Shown piece by piece: positions 28,858 through 42,083 of a DNA stretch of 64,000 nucleotides. Location: NCBI GenBank assembly GCA_964016885.1, contig OZ024743.1, positions 82,274,001-82,338,000 on the forward strand. The letters run 5' to 3'. A model generated the notes under the pieces. The model made no database searches and had not been told where the DNA came from. It saw only the letters and a program-made list of their open reading frames with translations. Source of the stretch: Eledone cirrhosa (taxonomy: Eukaryota). The stretch's first letter is position 1, and each line of letters begins with the position of its first letter. Made by a program: the position numbers and the translations under genes.

Positions 28858-29465
28858 AAAATCGACCCCAGTGTGGGACTGGTATTTTATCGACCTCAAA
28901 AGAACGAAAAGTAAATTTGACCTTGATGGGATTTCAACTCAGATCACACACACATTTCTCATTTAACAACCAGTATAGTCGTACGGTGAGTTGGCCGGTA
29001 AACGAACTCTTAACGACTGTTTCAATGACTGAGTCATAAAATATCTTTAGATATGGTTCTCACCCAACATGTGATAGTCCATGAGAACGCGGTAAGGTAG
29101 CAAGTATTAGGCTATATTAAAGTAAATATCTGAAGAAAGAATTTGATGATTTAGTAGAAACACTGTCTTAGTAAATGGGAATTTCGTTTATTTCATAAAA
29201 CACTTACAAACATAAAAAGACATTTTGGAACATAAAAATGATTTGCTGGATAAAAGACATAACCATATATAACAAAAAAATATTGGTTTCTGATTTAGGC
29301 ACAAGACCGTCAATGTTGGGGGAGGGGAAATTCAATTAAATCGACGCCATAAGGGTGAATGGCAAAGCTAACCTCGGTGGTACTTGAACTCAGATCATAA
29401 AGGGGTGTAACTCTATGCCATAAAATGTTGTCTGACGCTCTACGGATATTACCAATCTACTGCCC
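28858..29465 (-). mobile_element. Two decayed family A SINE copies (28858-28945, 29285-29465)
   Basis: ATCGACCCCAGT..CTGGTATTTTATCGACC; GGCACAAGACC..GGCAAAGCTAACCTCGG..TTGAACTCAG. Confidence 0.65.
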
Positions 29466-29514
29466 CAATGTAACAAAAAATATTACATAAAAGAAATTAT
29501 GAAGTAGTTAGGGA

Positions 29515-29660
29515 CAGGTATGGCTGTGTGGGCAAGTAGTTCACATTGTAACTATGTGATTCTAGGTTCAGTCCTACTGTGTGACACTTTAGTCAAGTGT
29601 CTGTAGCTCCAGCTGGGCCAAATAACTTGTGAGATGAATTTAGAGAGAAACTGTAGAGAT
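29515..29660 (+). mobile_element. Decayed tRNA-derived SINE (CORE-like)
   Basis: TGGCTGTGTGG..GGTTCAGTCC..ACTTTAGTCAAGTGTCT. Confidence 0.55.
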
Positions 29661-29781
29661 CTTTCATGTGTGTGTGTGTGTATATATACATATAAATATG
29701 TGTGTGTGTGTGTATACATATATATATGTGTGTGTGTATGTATATATACATATATATATGTGTGTGTGTGTGTGTGTATAC

Positions 29782-29813
<32 letters not shown>

Positions 29814-30821
29814 ATACATATATATATATATGTGTGTGTGTGTCTGTCTGTTGGTGTTTAAGTTTGTGTTTGTATTTAAAATAAGTACCTGGATTTTAAA
29901 AATAATATACTGGGGTTGATATGATCGACTAAATCATGTTGGTGCTACAGCATGGCCACAGTCTAATGAATGAAACCCGAAAAAGACCAACTGGTGTACA
30001 CAAGAACTTTATGGTCGTAAGCGTTAGGGGTCGTTAAACGCAAAGTAGCTGCACAACTTTATTTAGAATAATGAGAGCAGCTATTGGTTGGTAGTATCTG
30101 TAAATATCTAAAGATATCACACAGCTTCTCATCGATTTACTGAATATACAACCAACACTTATAGCTTTCATCATCGATTGACGGAGAAAACGATGTTACT
30201 ATTGTAACTCTAGCTAGTTTGGCCAGTGTGTATACTATAAGGAATGGCTATATATATATATATATGTGTGTGTGTGTATGTATGTATATCGGGATGAAAC
30301 CTGTATTAAACTAGTTTGACCATTATTCAACAGAGTACTCGATAGTTGGGATAGTAGTGTGTTATTATATTAGAAAGAGACAGGCCCCGATTCCTTCTAA
30401 TATATAAACACAAACTACCTTGCCCAGACGTATTCCGCGGAGGGGAAATGTTCTTTGTGTGTGTGTATATGTATATATGTATGTGTGTATATATATATAT
30501 ATATATATGTGTGCGTGTGTGTGTGCAGCATATCCGTAGATAAAATGTCAAGGAAACAATGCTCACTCTATTAAAAGAGAACTTATTTGGTATAAATGAA
30601 TTTACATACGCTTAACATATAAGCACGAACTTAAGTTTCGGGTTCCAGTTATGGCCACCACAGTATATTGGAGGGGTCTCTTCAAATCTGGCCTCTCATC
30701 GGGAGCTCAGACAGCAATTCGTACTCGGGTTGATTTCACCGACTCTCCCTCCCCTGTTTTTGCACATCCAAACACACACGGATACACAGACAGATAGATA
30801 GATATATAGATAGACAGACAT

Positions 30822-30852
<31 letters not shown>

Positions 30853-30854
30853 CA

Positions 30855-33390
30855 TTTCTTTATTAGCCTCAAGGGCACAAAAGAAGGGGACAAATACAAA
30901 TGGGGAGTTTACATACAGGTATATGAAAATAAAACTATTAATAAAATGACAAATAACAATTGAAATCTCCAATAGGGGGGAGGCGTTACACAGGGGTTGT
31001 ACACACCCCGAAAAAATGTACAACCCTCATCTCCAGGAGCACCAAGAGTGAGTACTCACTTCCTCTCTTCCTCTTTTCCCTCAACCTACAGGCTTATATA
31101 GAGAGAAGGCCCAACCACTCGGGCCATCTTTGCCACATTCACCCACCTAATATAAAATTTGCTGGGGTACAGCACCTCTCTCTCCATCCTGATTCTTCTT
31201 CCAAAATGATATTTGAAAAAACGAATCAGTTGTTCGCCGGAGAGAAAAGTCTCCGACCTCAGCCCTTTTAACCTCGTCCACCATATAACCTCTTTCACCA
31301 TAGTCATAACACATTGGAAAACCGCCTCTCCTTCGTTTTTGAAGGAGGGTGGCGGTTTGATCATGACAATGGACTCGGTGGTCAACTGGATTGATCCCAC
31401 CCGCGACAAAAGTCGTTCTACATAGCCCCACAAGTCGGTAACGCCCGGGCAGTGTACAAATGCGTGCGCGACAGTTTCCTCGTCGCGCATGCATCTCGGA
31501 CAGATCTTTTTCGAAGGGTCCCTGCCCGGGCGCCCGTGTCTGTAGAGCTTGTTTCGAACTGGTAGAGCTCCTCGGTAGCACTGCCAGGCCAGTGACTTTT
31601 GAAAGTTGTCCATCGGTCCCAGGCGGAAGGTCCTACCGAACAGACTGGCCAGTTCGTCCTCCTCTACGCCTAGAGTTTCTCCGAGCGCGTCGTTGCACTT
31701 GCTGCGGACCAACCCTCTATAGAATGACGAAGTGGAGTCTCTACTGCTCGCCGGGCTCGTTTGCCAGAGGACTGTGAGCGCCTGAGCACATTCGATGTGC
31801 CAGTCGCCCTTTTTCCTCGGTCTTTGCTTGGCCCAGGACGGCAGCTCGGTCAGCGAAACGAGTCGCTGCAAGGCTCGCCTCACGAATGGGGCCCACAGCG
31901 GTTGTTCGGTGAGGAATACGTGGAGATGCCGCAGCCTGAGCGCGTGTTTCCGCATCGTCAGCCACGGCATCCCCAGCCCTCCGTTTGAAGGGTGTTGGCA
32001 GCAGATGGATCTTCTCACCAAAGGAGCCCGTTTCTTCCAAAGGAATTGGAAGAGCGTTTTGGCTGGACAAAGCACGACGGTCAAGCGGTAGTAGATGACG
32101 GACGCTATAAAAGTGTTCACCACCTCCGCTCGACCTTTCAAGCATAGTTTTCACTCGGCCCACTTCTGGGTGAGCGCAAACACCTTGGCCGTCACCTCGT
32201 TCCAGTTCTTCTCCACCTGGAGGTCCGGACCAAGCCAGACTCCGAGCAGCTTTACCGGTCCTTCCGTCCAGCGTCCGACGACGCCATCGGAGGACATCGG
32301 TTTTCCTCTCCACGTTCCGAGTTGCAAACCAACGGATTTGTCCCGGTTCAGCTTCGCTCCTGTGAACCTTTCGTATACCTTCAGTAAGGTGCCGACCTCC
32401 CCGATTTGCGAGGTGCTCGACACCATTGCTATCACGTCGTCAGCGTAGGCCGACGCCGCTTTTCGCAGTCCCGGTTCCAAAGGGATGCCCTGCAATAGCT
32501 CCAACTTCCGCAGTAGTGGCTCGAGAGTCAGTACGTACAGAAGGGAGGAGAGAGGGCATCCCTGTCGGATGGATCGCGTGATATGGAACGGCTCCGAGAG
32601 GTAGCCGTTCACTTTGACCCTTGAGCATATGTTGCTGCTGTGCATTGCAGCAATCCAGCCCCTGAACACGGGTCCGAAGCCTGCCGCCTCGAGCACCGCA
32701 TCCAGGTAACGATGGTCAACCCTATCGAAAGCCTTAGACTGATCCATGTTGATCAGGGCCCCACCGAAGCCGGGTTTACACCCTACCCTCTCTATGATGT
32801 ATCGCATGAGGTGGAGTTTGTCGTGTATGGACCTGGTCGGGATTGCGCATGTCTGCGCTTCTCCCACCAGGTTTTCGACAAGCGCCAGCCTCTTTGCCAA
32901 TATCTTGGCCAAAATCTGTAACTCTGTGTTTAGCAGAGTTATGGACCGGAAGTTGCCTATGTCATCCCCCTTATTCTCGTCCTTCCTGACTAACGTGACT
33001 ACGCCCTAGGTTACAGAATTGGGAATTCTCCCGTTCTGCTGCCAGTTGCAGTAGACTGCTTCCAGGAGACCGGAGAACAAGTCCGGCATTGCTACGTAAA
33101 ATTCGTAGGGTAAACCGTCGAGACCTGGATATTTGCGTTTGCCGCATTGGCTCAGCGCGTCTCCCATCTCAGCGGCTGAAATCGGCCTTTCGCAGAACTT
33201 CGCCTCGCTGGCCGAGAGTCGCGGCAGGCCGTCGAGGTATGAACCGAAATCCATAGCCCCTCCCGGCGCGCCGCCCTGTTCGAACAGTTGAGCAAAGTGC
33301 CGCTAAAAGGCCGCGCACATCTGCTTCGGCTTACGTATCACGCGTCCGTCTTGGTCCTTCAAAAACCGAATCGTGGACTTGTTGCCACTA
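30855..33390 (-). mobile_element. 5'-truncated Tx1/L1-clade non-LTR retrotransposon
   Basis: GC-rich block with RT motifs; 3' UTR ends AATAAAGAAAT directly into (ATCT)n at 30790-30852. Confidence 0.92.
31086..33390 (-). pseudogene. LINE ORF2 remnant: reverse transcriptase + C-terminal zinc finger (zf-RVT type)
   Basis: PGLDGLPYEFY, NFRSITLLN, DQSKAFDRVDH, SIRQGCPLS, YADD, CPRC..ETVAHAFVHC; four ORF-track pieces share one frame, split by stops at 33303, 33006 and 32151. Confidence 0.93.
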
Positions 33391-33994
33391 AATCGCCCCC
33401 AGTATTTTCCTGGTATTTTATCAACCTCGGAAGAATTAATATCAAAGTTGACAGGATTAGAACCCAGAATGTAAAACGCTGGAACAACTAACAAAACCTT
33501 TTTGTTCAATATTCTAAACAATTATAAACGTTTCATTTCATTTTAGGCTTATAATTTCTAAAAGATTGTCTATTTCAATGGGTCCAGACTGTGTCACTTC
33601 CAAGGACCCTTTTTAATAATTTCTGAAATATTTATTACACCAATATCTTACAGTATTTAACGGTGAAGATTGTGTGGCTAAAGTGCAACATTTAAAGTCA
33701 GTAAACTATCTAACGTTTGGTAAACCAGAACTATTTTATTAAAATCCGATTATTGGGAAATATTTCTAAATGTTTGAGAGAATATTGTGAGGATATTATT
33801 ATGAACAATGTTCCTGTTAATATAGATAACATGTTGGTGGTGTATTGTATAATATAACATGTTGGTGGTGTATTGTATAATATACATATAAATCTATATA
33901 AATGTATGAAAAAGGGAAAACATGTTTGACGTGGGAACGATACGAACTCGTACTGACATATTTGATTCAACGTTTATTTTCTATGAAATAATTG

Positions 33995-34090
33995 TTTCTC
34001 CTTTTGGCACAAGGCCAGCAATTACTGGTACTTTATTTTATCGACCCCGCAAGGATGAAAGTTAACTTCGGCGGGAATTGAACTCAGACG
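33995..34090 (-). mobile_element. Family A SINE fragment (another decayed copy at 33391-33480)
   Basis: GGCACAAGGCCAGCAATTACTGGTACTTTATTTTATCGACCCCGCAAGGATGAAAG..TTGAACTCAG. Confidence 0.75.
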
Positions 34091-34242
34091 AGGTTGTGAC
34101 GTGAAAATAATACAAAACCGTGCAGACATATTTGAATCTTTTATCTAATATAACATCCATTTTCCCGTTGTCTTCCTCCACCGTTTTTTATTCATATATG
34201 ATTTTAGCCATGCAGGACACTTTTTCATATTGATAAATATAA

Positions 34243-34276
<34 letters not shown>

Positions 34277-35773
34277 AAAGCATGTAAAGCTGAATGCACG
34301 CTTAAGGTCTTTAGCACGTAAGGAATTTAAAACAATCGAGTCACTCGAAGTTATGGCTGTTGAGACAGTCAGTGTAGCAGTGAATATATATTGAAAGTGA
34401 AAAGAACCAAGTTTTTTAAAACTAAAATTATCTTAATTTAAAAACCTCGGTTCTCCAATTTATATATATATAATGTGTGTGTGTGAGTGTGTTCTGGTAC
34501 CAGTTGTTAGACTGCGGCCATGCCGGGGCACCGCCTTGAAACTGCTTAGTCGATCATATTGACACCGGTATTCGTCTTCAAGTCATGTGCTAACTTTTAT
34601 TGTCCCCCACCCCCGATTATTAACTTTTATTAATCTATCTCCGCCTGCGACAATTTTATTTAAGTGGAAGTATTCCTGCGACAATTTTCTTTAGACATTA
34701 GAAAACATACACGAGAAAAATATATATTACAAGAAATCCCATACTTTATAAAATAAATAGGATGGGTTGGGGTCTTAATATGTAAACTAAACGACTAATT
34801 CTGGTTTTAAATAAAAATAAATCAAGGGAGACATCCTAGAAAAATTACCGACCCCCCCCCCCCCCCGCCCGCTTATTCCAACCTCTACTGTTTGGGACAC
34901 GAGAGTAACTTATCGACCTCTTTTGTGTCGAACCGCTAAATTACATAGACATACGCAGACATAGAACCACACACACTTAACGGGCTTCTACATTACTCCA
35001 TCTACCAAAGTTACTGGTCAACCCGAGAGTAGGGGGCAACTGAACCTCCCTAACAACACAGCCATACCTACACATTCATATATATATATGATTGTGTCAG
35101 TTAATTACAGTCTCATTACTCAGTGTCAATATTCAGTAAGATACCACTGTCATACCTGTCATACACCCGTGTACACTAAGACAACTGTTAAGACCAGCTG
35201 ATGATTTACAAGGTCTGGGGAAAACATGACAGGGAAACCATGGCATCTCGACACCGATTGATCGGGTCTAACTGTAGGTTGACATTTTGTACGTACATAC
35301 ACACACATATGTTTATATACTCACACATAGACAAGCATACATATAGACTTACATACATACACTCATATATACGCACATACACACATATATACGTTCATAC
35401 ACACATTTATACAGGCGTATATAGATATATATACACTTACGCATATACACAGACGTACATACATATATATACTTACATACATACTCCTTACAAACGTACA
35501 TGTATCGTTACATACGTACATATACACGTTCATATGTCCATTAATACACGCATATATATATTTATATATATATAAGCACATATGTCTGTACATAAAGATG
35601 TAAGTACATACATAAGATGGGTTGTCCATTAAGGACGGCTTATGGTCATCCCATTGTCCCATCATCTGTACGACCTACATAGTATTGATCAACCGGAACT
35701 CGGGGACAGAGGATTGTGAAGCAAGTTACTTAACTACACAAACATGTCTACGCCTATATAACGTGAACAGTAA

Positions 35774-36856
35774 GGCGGTGGATTGGTAGAGTGGTTAGAA
35801 CGTTAGATAGAATGGTAGAGTGGTTAGAACGTCAGATAGAATGGTAGAGTGGTTAGAACGTCAGATAGAATGGTAGAGTGGTTAGAACGTCAGATAGAAT
35901 TGTAGAGTGGTTAGAACGTTAGATAGAATGGTAGAGTGGTTAGAACGTTAGATAGAATGGTAGAGTGGTTAGAACGTCAGATAGAATGGTAGAGTGGTTA
36001 GAACGTTAGATAGAATGGTAGAGTGGTTAGAACGTCAGATAGAATGGTAGAGTGGTTAGAACGTCAGATAGAATGGTAGAGTGGTTAGAATGTCAGATAG
36101 AATGGTAGAGTGGTTAGAACGTTAGATAGAATGGTAGAGTGGTTAGAACGTTAGATAGAATGGTAGAGTGGTTAGAACGTCAGATAGAATGGTAGAGTGG
36201 TTAGAACGTCAGATAGAATGGTAGAGTGGTTAGAACGTTAGATAGAATGGTAGAGTGGTTAGAACGTCAGATAGAATGGTAGAGTGGTTAGAACGTCAGA
36301 TAGAATGGTAGAGTGGTTAGAACGTTAGATAGAATGGTAGAGTGGTTAGAACGTCAGATAAAATGGTAGAGTGGTTAGAACGTCAGATAGAATGGTAGAG
36401 TGGTTAGAACGTTAGATAGAATGGTAGAGTGGTTAGAACGTCAGATAGAATGGTAGAGTGGTTAGAACGTCAGATAGAATGGTAGAGTGGTTAGAACGTT
36501 AGATAGAATGGTAGAGTGGTTAGAACGTTAGATAGAATGGTAGAGTGGTTAGAACGTCAGATAGAATGGTAGAGTGGTTAGAACGTCAGATAGAATGGTA
36601 AAGTGGTTAGAACGTTAGATAGAATGGTAGAGTGGTTAGAACGTCAGATAGAATGGTAGAGTGGTTAGAACGTTAGATAGAATGGTAGAGTGGTTAGAAC
36701 GTTAGATAGAATGGTAGAGTGGTTAGAACGTCAAATAGAAATGGTAGAAGGTCAGATAGAATGGTAGAGTGGTTAGAACGTCTGATAGAATGGTTCGTGT
36801 TATTTGTTACGGCTCTCTCTCGATAAAACAGTACCAGTCAAGTACTGGGGTCGATT
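35774..36856 (+). mobile_element. Family A SINE whose head expanded into a 29-bp minisatellite (35784-36793, ~35 copies)
   Basis: Starts GGCGGTGGATTGG like the copy at 51767; unit TGGTAGAGTGGTTAGAACGTYAGATAGAA; SINE body resumes TCGATAAAACAGTACCAGTCAAGTACTGGGGTCGAT. Confidence 0.85.
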
Positions 36857-37095
36857 CTTCCTCTATATCTCTTTTTCACTTCCTTTCTCTCTCACTCTCT
36901 ATCCTTCTCTGGAAGAAATCTGTTGTATTCACACCTGGAGAGAGGACGGGCTCCAATCGGGTTTTAAAATGCCCGAGAAACGCTGATAAAGAAGTTTCAT
37001 CATAAAATTGTTTATATCCTATTAAACGTTCTATATGTTTCATATATGTTACATATGTTTCCATCACAGAAGGACATGTTTTGATGTGAATCTAC

Positions 37096-37182
37096 ACGTC
37101 TGATGAGTATATTGATACGGGACTCAGGTCTATCACATCGATAAAGACTTCGTGCCAATCATCTATGAAACATGTGTAATGT
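37096..37182 (+). ncRNA. Probable decayed type I hammerhead in a fold-back element (36985-37224)
   Basis: ACGT-CTGATGAG-long weak stem II-GAAA-CATGTG-TA-ATGT; inverted partial copy TACATATGTTTC at 37050; outer IR GATAAAGAAGTTTCA/TGAAACTTCTTTATC. Confidence 0.55.
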
Positions 37183-37384
37183 TTGACATGGAATGAAAAC
37201 ATTTTCAAGTGAAACTTCTTTATCTCATATATAATATATAGACCATGCAATTATAAACATACTACACACAGATACCGCAAGAAGTAGAAACTTCATTGAG
37301 AATCACCCTGTTCAAGTGATAGCCACGTGTGCTAATATGTGTGCCATATGTATGTATGCATAATATATATATATATATATATAT

Positions 37385-37417
<33 letters not shown>

Positions 37418-37439
37418 ATAAAAATCTCAGAGCACTAAC

Positions 37440-37605
37440 ACCCAGTTACCGCTGATACTTATTTTCAGTTGACTGTACTGGAGCGGTGAGAAATGAAGTG
37501 CCTTGCCTAAGGACACAACGTACCGCCCGATCCACGAATGGAACCAACGACATCTTAGAACCAAGTCCAACACGTTAAATATTAGGCCACTGTAGCGGGA
37601 AGCCA
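37440..37605 (-). mobile_element. Family B SINE
   Basis: Reverse complement reads GGTTCCATTC..GTTGTGTCCTTAGGCAAGGCACTTCATTTC..CTCCAGTACAGTCAACTG. Confidence 0.65.
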
Positions 37606-38046
37606 TGAACACCACAACATCAAATTTCGCCTTCATTAAGATAAACACATACCATATTTCTGCCCAGTTGAACTGGAATATTCAAGTGTCGACTATACCC
37701 CGCCCCACTTCTTCCTCTTCCTACATACCTCTAAATTTGCCTAACAGAAATCATCATTAGAGCGAAAGATAATATTCGATGAGGTGAGCAAAGTCAAGCC
37801 GATGAAGCGGTTTCGATTCCCCCTTAAAGTCAGTCTACTTCATTTAAGTTGAACATAATTTTTTAGTTTTATTTTAGCGAGTGATGAAGTGGTTTGCAAG
37901 AAACGTCACGATTCCTAATTTGTGGCGTCATTAAATACCAGAAACATGGCTACGTGCCTAATCTCCACAAACCATTATTTTAATTAGTTGGAACACGAAA
38001 AACACCATATATGCCCCCCCCCCCCCCGCATACAATTATATTTACA

Positions 38047-41000
38047 GCCTGTACTATAGATAGTCTCACATCTTAACACTACAGGTACTACCACCTGTAC
38101 TATAGATAGTCTCACATCTTAACACTACAGGCACTACCACCTGTACTATAGATAGTCTCACATATTAACACTACAGGCACTATCACCTGTACTATAGATA
38201 GTCTCACATCTTAACACTACAGGCACTACCACCTGTACTATAGATAGTCTCACATCTTAACACTACAGGCACTACCTCCTGTACTATAGATAGTCTCACA
38301 TCTTAACACTACAGGCACTACCTCCTGTACTATAGATAGTCTGACATCTTAACACTACAGGCACTACCACCTGTACTATAGATAGTCTCACATCTTAACA
38401 CTACAGGCACTACCACCTGTACTATAGATAACCTCACATCTTAACACTACAGGTACTACCACCTGTACTATAGATAGTCTTACATCTTAACACTACAGGC
38501 ACTACCACCTGTACTATAGATAGTCTCACATCTTAACACTACAGGCACTACCACCTGTACTATAGATAACCTCACATATTAACACTACAGGCACTACCAC
38601 CTGTACTATAGATAGTCTCACATCTTAACACTACAGGTACTACCACCTGTACTATAGATAGTCTCACATCTTAACACTACAGGCACTACCACCTGTACTA
38701 TAGATAACCTCACATCTTAACACTACAGGCACTACCACCTGTACTATAGATAGTCTCACATCTTAACACTACAGGTACTACCACCTGTACTATAGATAGT
38801 CTCACATCTTAACACTACAGGTACTACCACCTGTACTATAGATAGTCTTACATCTTAACACTACAGGCACTACCACCTGTACTATAGATAGTCTCACATC
38901 TTAACACTACAGGCACTGCCACCTGTACTATAGATAGTCACACATCTTAACACTACAGGTACTACCACCTGTACTATAGATAGTCTCACATCTTAACACT
39001 ACAGGCACTACCACCTGTACTATAGATAACCTCACATCTTAACACTACAAGCACTACCACCTGTACTATAGATAGTCTCACATCTTAACACTACAGGCAC
39101 TACCTCCTGTACTATAGATAGTCTCACATCTTAACACTACAGGCACTACCTCCTGTACTATAGATAGTCTGACATCTTAACACTACAGGCACTACCACCT
39201 GTACTATAGATAGTCTCACATCTTAACACTACAGGCACTGCCACCTGTACTATAGATAGTCTCACATATTAACACTACAGGTACTACCACCTGTACTATA
39301 GATAGTCTCACATCTTAACACTACAGGCACTACCACCTGTACTATAGATAGTCTCACATCTTAACACTACAGGCACTACCACCTGTACTATAGATAACCT
39401 CACATCTTAACACTACAGGCACTACCACCTGTACTATAGAAAGTCTCACATCTTAACACTACAGGCACTACCACCTGTACTATAGATAGTCTCACATCTT
39501 AACACTACAGGCACTACCACCTGTACTATAGATAGTCTCACATCTTAACACTACAGGCACTACCACCTGTACTATAGATAGTCTCACATCTTAACACTAC
39601 AGGCACTACCTCCTGTACTATAGATAGTCTCACATCTTAACACTACAGGCACTACCTCTTGTACTATAGATAGTCTGACATCTTAACACTACAGGCACTA
39701 CCACCTGTACTATAGATAGTCTCACATCTTAACACTACAGGCACTGCCACCTGTACTATAGATAGTCTCACATATTAACACTACAGGTACTACCACCTGT
39801 ACTATAGATAGTCTCACATCTTAACACTACAGGCACTACCACCTGTACTATAGATAGTCTCACATCTTAACACTACAGGCACTACCACCTGTACTATAGA
39901 TAACCTCACATCTTAACACTACAGGCACTACCACCTGTACTATAGAAAGTCTCACATCTTAACACTACAGGCACTACCACCTGTACTATAGATAGTCTCA
40001 CATCTTAACACTACAGGCACTACCACCTGTACTATAGATAGTCTCACATCTTAACACTACAGGCACTACCACCTGTACTATAGATAGTCTCACATCTTAA
40101 CACTACAGGCACTACCACCTGTACTATAGATAGTCTTACATCTTAACACTACAGGCACTACCACCTGTACTATAGATAACCTCACATCTTAACACTACAG
40201 GCACTACCACCTGTACTATAGATAGTCTCACATCTTAACACTACAGGTACTACCACCTGTACTATAGATAGTCTCACATCTTAACACTACAGGTACTACC
40301 ACCTGTACTATAGATAGTCTTACATCTTAACACTACAGGCACTACCACCTGTACTATAGATAGTCTCACATCTTAACACTACAGGCACTGCCACCTGTAC
40401 TATAGATAGTCACACATCTTAACACTACAGGTACTACCACCTGTACTATAGATAGTCTCACATCTTAACACTACAGGCACTACCACCTGTACTATAGATA
40501 ACCTCACATCTTAACACTACAAGCACTACCACCTGTACTATAGATAGTCTCACATCTTAACACTACAGGCACTACCTCCTGTACTATAGATAGTCTCACA
40601 TCTTAACACTACAGGCACTACCTCCTGTACTATAGATAGTCTGACATCTTAACACTACAGGCACTACCACCTGTACTATAGATAGTCTCACATCTTAACA
40701 CTACAGGCACTGCCACCTGTACTATAGATAGTCTCACATATTAACACTACAGGTACTACCACCTGTACTATAGATAGTCTCACATCTTAACACTACAGGC
40801 ACTACCACCTGTACTATAGATAGTCTCACATCTTAACACTACAGGCACTACCACCTGTACTATAGATAACCTCACATCTTAACACTACAGGCACTACCAC
40901 CTGTACTATAGAAAGTCTCACATCTTAACACTACAGGCACTACCACCTGTACTATAGATAGTCTCACATCTTAACACTACAGGCACTACCACCTGTACTA

Positions 41001-42083
41001 TAGATAGTCTCACATCTTAACACTACAGGCACTACCACCTGTACTATAGATAGTCTCACATCTTAACACTACAGGCACTACCTCCTGTACTATAGATAGT
41101 CTCACATCTTAACACTACAGGCACTACCTCTTGTACTATAGATAGTCTGACATCTTAACACTACAGGCACTACCACCTGTACTATAGATAGTCTCACATC
41201 TTAACACTACAGGCACTGCCACCTGTACTATAGATAGTCTCACATATTAACACTACAGGTACTACCACCTGTACTATAGATAGTCTCACATCTTAACACT
41301 ACAGGCACTACCACCTGTACTATAGATAGTCTCACATCTTAACACTACAGGCACTACCACCTGTACTATAGATAACCTCACATCTTAACACTACAGGCAC
41401 TACCACCTGTACTATAGAAAGTCTCACATCTTAACACTACAGGCACTACCACCTGTACTATAGATAGTCTCACATCTTAACACTACAGGCACTACCACCT
41501 GTACTATAGATAGTCTCACATCTTAACACTACAGGCACTACCACCTGTACTATAGATAGTCTCACATCTTAACACTACAGGCACTACCACCTGTACTATA
41601 GATAGTCTTACATCTTAACACTACAGGCACTACCACCTGTACTATAGATAACCTCACATCTTAACACTACAGGCACTACCACCTGTACTATAGATAGTCT
41701 CACATCTTAACACTACAGGTACTACCACCTGTACTATAGATAGTCTCACATCTTAACACTACAGGCACTGCCACCTGTACTATAGATAGTCTCACATATT
41801 AACACTACAGGTACTACCACCTGTACTATAGATAGTCTCACATCTTAACACTACAGGTACTACCACCTGTACTATAGATAGTCTTACATCTTAACACTAC
41901 AGGCACTACCACCTGTACTATAGATAGTCTTACATCTTAACACTACAGGTACTACCACCTGTACTATAGATAGTCTCACATCTTAAGACTACAGGTACTA
42001 CCACCTGTACTATAGATAGTCTCACATCTTAACACTACAGGTACTACCACCTGTACTATAGATAGTCTCACATCTTAACACTG
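38047..42083. repeat. 46-bp satellite, ~88 copies
   Basis: Unit ACCTGTACTATAGATAGTCTCACATCTTAACACTACAGGCACTACC; period checked 38221 to 38267. Confidence 0.98.

Noticed and set aside
31147-33009. Alternative-frame and antisense ORFs over the LINE
   Set aside because: Shadow ORFs of GC-rich RT sequence with no recognisable motifs
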